Positions 1-13,491 of a stretch of 20,000 nucleotides of DNA are shown here, in pieces (position 1 is the first letter of the stretch; each line of letters opens with the position of its first letter). Below the pieces are notes generated by a model. That model searched no databases. It had not been told where the DNA came from and saw nothing but the letters and a program-made list of their open reading frames with translations. The position numbers and the translations under genes are program-made. Source of the DNA: Vermamoeba vermiformis (lineage: Eukaryota). The stretch spans positions 121,079 through 141,078 of the forward strand of contig JBEWZL010000049.1 in NCBI GenBank assembly GCA_045837725.1. Direction: 5' to 3'.

Positions 1-54
1 TTGAACACTAATCATTAATTTGATTACTAACCACCCACCTTTTTTTTCTTGCAG
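1..54 (+). other. 3' end of a probable 5'-UTR intron of SLBP
   Basis: Canonical branch point TACTAAC at 25-31, a pyrimidine tract and GCAG at 51-54, 11 nt before the ATG. Confidence 0.65.
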
Positions 55-65
55 GATAAGTCGCA

Positions 66-1318
66 ATGGCCGCTAGTGTAAGTTATTAACACTGCAATTT
101 GATCGTATCTAAGCAATCACATCTAACGTAGCTTCTTACAACCGACAGGTCGAAGCCGTAAACTCTTTCACTCGTGAATTTTTGATTCAATTCGAGCAGG
201 TAAATATCAACGTGCAAGCTCATGATTTAATTCGTGCTCACATCCTGTCTTGTTTAGAAAGTCTCTGTTCCTTCTCAATTGAAAGAACGCATCTTTGAAC
301 TCGTCCTCTCAAGAGGAGAGGCGTTGGCTGTCAAGAAGCCCAAGGTAAATTGAATTTATTTTCTCATCGGCATCTGATTTTTATTAACTTGTAATTCTTC
401 AATTAGGTTAAGCGCCCCGCTCAAACTGATTCTGACGTGGCCTCAACTAAGACCGCTTCTAAGACTTTGGTCAAGGCTAAATCGCAATCTGCCATCCAAA
501 AGCCCGCCAAAAAGTCAACCAAGGCTGAAGAGAACGCCGTCGCTGTCGTCGCTAAGCCCGCGATTAAGGTTGCTGCCGAGAAGCCCGCCCAACCTGCTAA
601 GGAACGAAAGGCTCTGGCTCCAATCGTTGCCAACAAGACTTCAACTGCCTCCGCTTTGAAGCCCAAGAACGTTACTATTGCCGCCCCTAAGGCTACCACT
701 GCTGCTGCCGTCGTTGCCAAGACTGCTGCTCCTTCTAAGGCTGTCGCTGTCGATAAGGAGAACGACGCCAATGCTGCTAAGAGCTCCGTAATCAACATTG
801 CCAAGGGTGTTGCTGCTATCACCAAGGCCGCTCTCAAGCCTCAAGTGCAAAAGCCTGCTGTTGCCAAGACAGTCAAGCCTGCCGCTCCTGTCGCCGTTGC
901 CGCCAAGCCTGTGCCCGCCATTCCTCAAGAGGATGAAGCTCCTGAGGGTGGTGAGTCAGACGAGGCTCGTCTCCGTGCTCGTCAAAAGCAAATCGAGTAC
1001 GGCAAGAACACCGATGGCTACAGAAACTACGTCGCCAAGGTGCCCAAGGACCAACGCGTCAAGGGCATGCCCTCTACTCCTGACAAGTACCAAAAGTGCA
1101 GCAAGCGCAGCTGGGACGGTCAAGTTCGCAAGTGGCGCCGTCAGTTGCACGCTTACGACCCTGCTCCCGCTCCCCTCAGCGACGACTTGGACCTCATCGA
1201 TGGCGAAGACTTGTCGACTCGCTTCAACGAGCTTCAATTGGGTCAAGGATCCTTGAAGGCTACTGACGCTTTCTCCTTGGAGGACAAGCCCAGAGCCGTC
1301 AAGGTCTTGCAGTTCTAA
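66..1318 (+). CDS. SLBP: Histone mRNA stem-loop binding protein (SLBP), about 353 aa, 4 exons: 66-77, 149-199, 258-344, 407-1318
   Basis: The C-terminal segment (953-1162) ESDEARLRARQKQIEYGKNTDGYRNY...PSTPDK...SKRSWDGQVRKWRRQLHAYDP matches the SLBP RNA-binding domain (RQKQIxYGKNT, TPxK, SxRSWDxQ..W+..LH..DP). GT-AG introns 78-148, 200-257 and 345-406 keep one frame. An in-frame TAA at 57-59 fixes ATG 66 as the start. Codon usage is strongly biased (AAG/GCC/GCT/GTC). Confidence 0.93.
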
Positions 1319-1407
1319 ACAATTTTCCTCTTGTATAGTCGGATTGTATTATTGTTATTATATGTGCATAAAGGTTGTTAATCAAAAGCTGGTCCAAATT
1401 TTCTTTC

Positions 1408-1428
1408 GCGATCGCAGGCACGTGCCTG
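1408..1428. promoter_or_regulatory. Palindromic E-box/G-box-containing element upstream of the J-domain gene
   Basis: Perfect 14-bp palindrome CAGGCACGTGCCTG (1415-1428) overlapping GCGATCGC (1408-1415) by one base, about 90 nt before ATG 1515. Function is inferred only. Confidence 0.3.
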
Positions 1429-1514
1429 GCAAATTATTCTTTTGCGCTGGTTGCGCTGTTATTTCCAGCATCTCATAAGCAAAGCAACAATTAGCTTGCT
1501 ACCTCAGATTAAAC

Positions 1515-3186
1515 ATGAGCCGCACGTATATTTCTCGAACTGAGTGCTACGAGGTGCTTGGCATCCAAGAAGGTGCCTCTGAAGATGAAATCAGGTATTT
1601 ATATAGTGCCGATCTTATTACAGGCATTTTATTTATCAAAAGTTGCACGCAAATATTCCAAGAAGTCCCTTTAGTTTTGAACGGCAGATCGGATGTCCTA
1701 AACTCGAACAATTATCATTATTTTGTTTTATTATCAACAAGTTATAATAATTCTCATATGTTAATTATCTCTTTGAAAAATACTTATTCTGATCTTTTGA
1801 CAAATAATGATTTATTTATTTAAACCAGACGGGCCTACAAGAAGCTTGCTTTGAAGCATCATCCTGATAAGAATAACAATAGTGAAGAGAGTACAGCGAA
1901 ATTTAAAGAGATTTCTACAGCCTATCAAAAATTAACCAAGCCGTAAGCACGATCTTCGAGGATTTGATTTTGGCGGGACTAATTCCTTATTTTAGCGATT
2001 TTGAAGATGACGAGGGCGATTTTGACTTCACAGACATGAATGAAATGTTTATGCAAGTTATTATGTCCCGTTTGTTTGGCATGAATCCGTTCATGCAAAG
2101 AGGACCTGTCTTTATCAATCCTGGTGGCTTCGGAGGGTTCCATTTCCGTAAGTTTGAAGTAATGGACTGATATTCTACCGAGACAAACGCCCTATGTTAA
2201 TATAGACGACATGTACGATGACGAAGACGATTATTATGACGAAGAAGATGATGATGAAGACGACGAGCACAATTATTTCCACGATCATCCGTTCTTCCAT
2301 TACAGACCTCACGCGCACTACCACGATGACGAGGACGAAGAAGAGTACGACGAAGACGAGGACGAAGGTGAAGAGAGTCCTATGGATGAAGAAGCTCGCC
2401 GTCGATTCTGGCAAGCTAGAATGCGTGCTTATTACGATGACGACGATGACGATGAAGGCGAAGAATATGACGATGATGATGAGGCTGAGGAAGATCTTGA
2501 CGCCGATGAAGATGACAGTATCGATCCTGCCAAAGTCGGTGACGAGCGATACAAACACACGTTCAAGTACAACCCTCATCCACTCGCAGCAGCTATTAGA
2601 GACAGCGAGTACGGAGTGTTCACAGATATGTTGGAAGATCATCCTGAATACGCCACTGCCAATCTTGGTGCTGGCAATACTGCCATGCATTTCTGCGCTA
2701 GATTTGGTCGCGTTCGCTTCGCTAACTATTTGTGCGATCACGGTGGCCTTCAAACAATTGCTTTGCGCAACGAGAAAGAGGAGAGCCCTATTGAGGTAAT
2801 GTCTTTAACTTACATTCAATTGGATAGCGTTGCTAATTCGTGGTGATTAGATTGCCGAGGCTTATGCACACAAGTCAGTGGCAGCTTTCAGAGAGATTGC
2901 TGCTCGCGCACGCAAACAAGCTAGAAAGGACGAACAAGAGAGCAAAGCTAAGCAACAACAGCAGCCTAAGAAAAAGAACAACAAGAAGAATAAGAAGTAC
3001 AAGAACACGCAGAAGAACAGCGATAAGAAGAAGCCAGAGAGCGGTGCTAATCCTACCACAGGGGCCAATGGCAATAACGGCAAAGCAGCGGAGAAAAAAG
3101 TGCAAGAAGAGAGCGATGAGGAAGATGAGGGTGTTTCATTTGGTCAAAATGTCTTCTCCGTGCTTCAAGGCGCCAACAAGAAGTAA
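1515..3186 (+). CDS. DnaJ (J-domain) protein with G/F patch, long Asp/Glu-rich tract, ankyrin repeat(s) and Lys-rich tail, about 423 aa; exons 1515-1594, 1829-1942, 1996-2147, 2206-2795, 2851-3186
   Basis: The spliced N-terminus [52 protein letters not shown] is a J-domain with [28 protein letters not shown]...[12 protein letters not shown] is ankyrin-like. All introns are GT-AG and frame-consistent. Confidence 0.9.
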
Positions 3187-3355
3187 TTGAAAGGACACTT
3201 GTCTTATCTAATGCTTTTGTTATTCGCGGTCTAGATTAAGTTTTGTACCGGTTGTAAATATAGGTTTTTGTTGCTGAAAAGAGGAATCTTTTAAATTTTG
3301 TCAAGCTGCATCCATTTATTTTTGTAACCCAACATGTTGGCAATACGACCTCATT

Positions 3356-5881
3356 ATGAGCTCTAATAAGGATTTTAAAAAACGAAGGGGCGAAGACGAA
3401 ATGGATGATAGAGAACAAAAGCGTCGACGAGGAGATCACGAGGGTGATCGCTCAAGATCTTATTATAATTCTCGATCTACGGACAAAAAAAGACACAACA
3501 GGAATAATTACAATAATGGGCAAAGCCAGAACTATTCAAATAATAGAAAATCGTCCAAAAATTATACAGATCGCAATAATAATTTAGCCTATTCACCAAA
3601 AAATTATAATCAGCCTCAATATCGAAGAAAAGAGTCGGATGATCATAATAGAAATATTGAGAAAAAAGAGTACAAGAAGAAGCTCACCATCCATCTTGTT
3701 TCAGATAACACGACACAGCACGCAGGAAATAATAGGACCCTGCATTTCAATTTTGTAAATAATAATATTAAGAGTAACCAATCGAATCAAAGTCCTCAAC
3801 AACCCAAAGTGTCAAGCCCATCCACGAATGACACAAAAACAGAGCCAGCGCCACCTCTTCCAGGCTATTACTACGACCCCGATATCAATAGGTACTTTAA
3901 AGTGCCACCGACAGGCACAGTAATGTACAAGAAGTACCAAGAGGCGTTGAAAAAGGCCGAGGAAAAGGATCGCAAACAGAAAGAGGAGAGGCAGCAGCGA
4001 GAGGAAAAAGAAAGAATAGAGCGTGGTGTAAATATATCTATATTAAGCGACAAATATAAGAGTCCATTATCAACTCTTATACGAAGAGAAGCTGGTAGAT
4101 CTCAACGACCGAAAGAATTTGTATCGTAAGTGGAATCAATTTTGAATATTCTTATGCTAATATCTATATTTAGCAAATCATTAGCAACGTTATTCAAGCG
4201 GATAGAATGCCGCTATAATTTTCCTTGGCCACTTCCTGACACAGAATGTTATGACATGATTGTACAGAACGATGAGACACTGATAACTGGTTTAAGAGAC
4301 GGCCAATTCATGTACGTCAAGTTACTACATGGACTTATAACCTGACATCATGACTCGCAGGGTTGATAAACTTGAATGGAGAGACAAAGATATTTATGTC
4401 AAAGGATTGTGCACGACAGAATCGAGTTCAGTACGTTAAGACTATCATAATAATTGTTAACATACATTATTGCAGATAAGCTCGGTGGGATTTCATTCAA
4501 AGCACAAGACAATGTACAGGTAGAGTAATTCTCTATTTAAGTTTAATTTTATTGACCGGATATCCGCATTTAGTTCGACTATCCTAGGAGGAGGTCGTAG
4601 CGGCGAATTAAAGCTATATAATTCGCGCCTTCAGTGCGAACATGTAACGAAGCTGCGCAAAGGTTCAATGTGGTGTCATCAATGGTCTGCGAATGGACAA
4701 TACATTTCTATGGGCATCAGCAAGGGTGCCATGATCCTTGATACTGTCACAACGAAGGTGATAAATTGTTTCACTGAAAAGAGCGATGTTTTTGCACAAG
4801 CGTTCACTGAAAACGTATGTCAGATCTACCTGTACAAACATTGTTTCATTTTCGAACTAATCTATTCTCAAGAGCAATATATTATTGAATGGATCACGCG
4901 ATGGCAAGATTCGCACGTTTGATATTCGTCAGCACACGCAACGAACGCCGTTTGGAAGTCACGCGCCACTCATGAAACACGAGTCATCGATCACCTGCTT
5001 GAAGCTGCTGAGGGATGATAACTATCTGGTCTCCAATTCTATAAATGGCGTAGTGAGTATATGACAACGAAGTGCTAATAGAGCCGTTTGTTGATTAAAT
5101 TTTGTCAGATCAACGTTTGGGATCGAAGAGTTAGCAAGGTCGTTACTAGGATGGAGTATTCTAACCAGATGACCTCAAACAAATTCTCCGTTGATCCGGA
5201 CGAAGAGTTTGTATTTATTGGTAAGCTAATTTTAATAACCGACAAGTTGAGAATTCTTAGAGAAGTACATCCGCAACTTCTTGTCTATTTCGTTACCAAA
5301 AAATTGTTGTACTCCCGTAAGTTATTCATAGCAATTAGCGGGGCCCTATTTTTAAGTCTGTTCAGACAACTTAGAAGTACCTTCTCCGAGCCTTGGCTCC
5401 GATCGAAGTGTAGTATCTGTTCTGCTTAGTTTAATCTCTAAGCCTGCCAGCCACCGCGCTGTGCATCGATGATTGAACAATTTATTCTTAGAGGGTCGCG
5501 GCGTGAGTTTGAGTTCAGATTGGCTTGCTGGTTTGAACTTGACTTGCGAACGGATCAGACGTGCATTGTACAACAGGCCGTAGTTGGTCCCCCTCTCTTT
5601 TTATTTTTGATACTATTTTTTTTAAGCTTAATAGCCCCTTAATAATTGGATGCACGCTCATATGGCTGATCTCGATTCCTTTAGGTGGTCAAGATAAGAA
5701 GATTTACATTTGGAACCTTAGAAGTGGCGAGCATATTCATACTTTAGGACCTTATACTACGCCTGTTAAATCGTTAGTGTTTGGAAGAAGCTGGATCCAA
5801 GATCAAATCTGTGTACCAGGTTTTTGGACCTTCCTTAACAATCGCATAGAATTCTATGGCATCTGCAATATAAATATGTAA
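3356..5881 (+). CDS. DCAF4: DCAF4/WDR21-like WD40 protein (putative CRL4-DDB1 substrate receptor), about 583 aa; exons 3356-4125, 4174-4311, 4361-4430, 4476-4519, 4574-4814, 4873-5052, 5109-5220, 5685-5881
   Basis: LPGYYYDPDINRYFKV resembles the DCAF4 N-terminal PGxYxDPxxxRYF motif. WD40 blades include LLNGSRDGKIRTFDIR, INVWDRR (WDxR) and GGQDKKIYIWNLR. Splicing gives a continuous frame (1752 nt). Confidence 0.82.
5313..5355 (+). promoter_or_regulatory. Candidate snRNA promoter: DUSE-like element TCCCGTAA (5313-5320) and AT-rich box TATTTTTAA (5347-5355)
   Basis: One mismatch to the Dictyostelium upstream sequence element (A/T)CCCA(C/T)AA. It starts 63 nt before the predicted U2 5' end at about 5376, the spacing known for DUSE. 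Confidence 0.55.
5376..5596 (+). ncRNA. U2: U2 spliceosomal snRNA (divergent), inside intron 7 (5221-5684) of the WD40 gene
   Basis: AAGTGTAGTATCTGTTCT with branch-site recognition sequence GTAGTA (5410-5415). Stem IIa GCTTAG-TTTAATCT-CTAAGC (5424-5443). Stem IIb TGCCAGC/GCTGTGCA. IIc pairing GTTTAATC (5429-5436) with GATTGAAC (5471-5478). Sm-like site AATTTATTCTTAG (5479-5491). Long stem III capped by GCTTGC. Stem IV with loop ATTGTAC (5565-5571). Ends are approximate. Confidence 0.92.
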
Positions 5882-5892
5882 ATAAAAGGCGA

Positions 5893-6780
5893 TTATTTAT
5901 TCTGGAAGAAATAGGCTAAGCCTGCTACAACTAAAGAAACTCCGAAAAATATATTTCTTCGCGAGATCCATGATTTACAATTGCGAAGTCTTTGAATGAG
6001 CGATGCGACTTGTTTTTGGGTGTCTTCGAGCGAGTTTGAATTATCTACGACTACGTTGGCTAGTTTCTTCTTAGTCTCAAGCGATAACTGCGCATTGATC
6101 ATGTCTTTTGCCGCGGGTTCTTCAATGCTGTTGCGCTTCATTAATCTGATAGAAAATCAATTAGATTACGTAATCTATGATATAATAATATATTTACCTT
6201 TCTAACTGGGTTTCATAAGGAGTATAGACGACCACGACAAGGTTGCAGATCCGGTTCAATTTCGCTTCGAATAATAACGGCGAGTCTAAAATAAGACATT
6301 GCGTTCCTCGAAGCCAATTCCATACTACTATTTTGCAAATCTCCCACATTATATAAGGAAATGTAATCCCGTTCAATTTCATGCGCTCTTCTTTCGATCC
6401 AAATATTTTCTAATTTTCTAAAATTAGCCTGATTGAATCTTATTCAATATAAAGCTCGAACTTACTGCGCCTAATTTCTTTCGATCGATATTTCCATCTT
6501 CTAGCAGAATATCAGTGCCCCAAGTCTTTACGATCTTCTTGTAAGCAGGTTTGCCGACTTGCACCAGCTAAAAATTAATTAGAATATTTCAATTAATTTA
6601 TTTTACGTACATCTCTGCCAATCTGATCGAGGTCTATGACAACAGCCTCTGAATAATGTTCCTAAAATTATTAAAATTAAATAAGGCGGAACGAGAGGAC
6701 TTAGCAGGACTTACTCGGAACATCTTAGCGACCGTTGACTTGCCAGACGATATCCCTCCTGTAAGTCCAACTATATACAT
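5893..6780 (-). CDS. DCAKD: Dephospho-CoA kinase (CoaE/DCAKD family) with C-terminal hydrophobic anchor, about 227 aa; exons 6780-6715, 6661-6611, 6567-6466, 6409-6198, 6145-5893
   Basis: MYIVGLTGGISSGKSTV P-loop, VIDLDQIGR, DGNIDRKKLGAKIF, ILDSPLLFE, QLERLMKRN and VVVDNS are CoaE motifs. The tail IFFGVSLVVAGLAYFF is hydrophobic. Confidence 0.93.
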
Positions 6781-6892
6781 GTTTTTTGTGGTTAAACGGT
6801 TCGTTAGTAAAATTAAATGAGAAAATGGTTGCGCGCCTTTTTCGTGTTTGAATCTGATCTTCTAAATGAACGACCACAAAGCTAAATAGAAG

Positions 6893-12083
<5,191 letters not shown>

Positions 12084-12161
12084 TTTAGCGAATAAACTTG
12101 TAATAATAGTTTATATACACTGTTACTCTAATATTCTACAACTACATCTAAATAAGCCTTA

Positions 12162-13236
12162 TTAACCATTTACTGCACGTTGTTGAACGAACAAAATGTT
12201 GTTGATCCAATGCTTGCCTAGCAAAAACTTATTAGTACTCGTTCTTTCCACATTAAATATTGACTAGCATACCTAATGGATCATCGACAGTATATTGATC
12301 GATAAGTTTGACTTCATACGATTTATCTTCGAGTAAAGTGCGGATCAGCTGCGCCATTTCTTGCATGGTCCAATGAGCTCTAAATCGCTTCACTTTTTGC
12401 ACGTAATCTTCTTTTTCTAATAAAAGCTCTTCGGATATATCATGCACAGTAGTAGAGAAGTGGATAAAGCCTAGTGTAGAATGAATTAAGTCCGGATTCA
12501 GATCTCGTAACAGCTGCTTTGACTTACCTTGACCGTTACGCAGTAGAGAAAAGAACTTGTTGAATATATTAGGCACTTCATGTTTACGGAACAGATGAAT
12601 AAAGCTCTGCGCGAAGATGACGTCGAACTTCTGCTCGAACTGATGCGTAACGAAATTTCCAACAATGAATGTAGAGCTTGGCGAGGCTTGTTTAGCGACT
12701 TTAACCATCTCTTCTGATACGTCTATACCGTAGGTAATCATTTTCTTCTGCGTAAAGTAACTAACCAAAAATCAGTTCAAGAACGAATCCGGATCGAAAT
12801 CATCATTTTGTGAAGCATGATCTTCAACGTAATAGTCTACACAAGATCTGTAATGTACCTGAGATCAAGTCCAGAACCCACTCCAACGTCTAGAACGGTC
12901 AGATCGGACCTGTCGCCGAAATGATTGTGGATGTGCTCGTAGTATCGATCGATCACGTTTTTATTATTCTCTGAGAATATTGGTAGACGCGTTCGATATT
13001 CGTCGGCTCTAATTCGAATAATTAATGAAATTCTAAGTGATTATTTTATTACTTAATTTTTCATGAAAAGATCACTTCACTTAAAATCGAATCAGTATAA
13101 AAAATAAACATCAAAAATGATTGGAATATTATATCAATATTAAAAAATGTAAAATACGGAGGAGATCGGCCAATACATTTTGGCGCACTTACAATGTATC
13201 GTAGGATTCTTTGTTGATATGCACAAACTCCATCAT
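12162..13236 (-). CDS. Class I SAM-dependent methyltransferase, about 226 aa; exons 13236-13193, 13008-12859, 12760-12528, 12470-12273, 12217-12162
   Basis: YDTLADEY N-terminal helix, motif I VLDVGVGSG, post-I YGIDVSEEMV, motif II KFDVIFAQSFIHL and motif III LLRNGQGFI. Introns are GT-AG and in frame. Confidence 0.88.
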
Positions 13237-13491
13237 AGTTGCTTTGGACCAAATAATGTCTATTGTGCTAGTACTATTGTAGTGTTGCTTATTTAAAAAT
13301 AAAAGAAATTCGAGCAAGAACTTTTCTGTTTTTGTGGATCCTGTCACAAAGCACGTTCAAGTTGTCAAAAATAGCAGCTTATTACTTTTAATAAATTATT
13401 TATTTTAAATAGAACGCCTGGCAATTATCTTTCTGCTTTACATCCTTGTCTAATGAAAACAAATTTTTGACAAAAAAAGGCTGGATCAGAT

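Noticed and set aside
421-1256. Antisense and alternative-frame ORFs over SLBP (421-837, 641-928, 798-1256, 956-1246)
   Set aside because: Shadows of a codon-biased, low-complexity CDS with no recognisable domains.
1319-1514. Histone-type 3' stem-loop near SLBP (autoregulation)
   Set aside because: No GGYYYTTYTNARRRCC-like hairpin found.
1595-1828. Long (234 nt) first intron of the J-protein gene as a snoRNA host
   Set aside because: Only weak hairpins; no convincing C/D pair or H/ACA two-hairpin layout by eye.
2175-2799. Hydrophobic 192-aa antisense ORF and Met/Thr-rich 193-aa ORF
   Set aside because: Frame artefacts of the GAY/GAR repeats encoding the acidic tract.
5376-5596. Alternative identity as U12 snRNA
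   Set aside because: The branch-recognition sequence is GTAGTA with U2-type IIa/IIc and loop IV. No U12-type introns were seen among the modelled genes.
5088-5684. ORF extensions 5088-5429, 5352-5573 and the first part of 5561-5881
   Set aside because: Read-through into the U2-containing intron. The true exons end at 5220 and resume at 5685.
12471-12527. Stop-free 57-nt segment read through by the ORF track in the methyltransferase
   Set aside because: It has a GTAAGT donor and a TAG acceptor, and its removal restores motif III. It is treated as an ordinary intron, though retention cannot be excluded.
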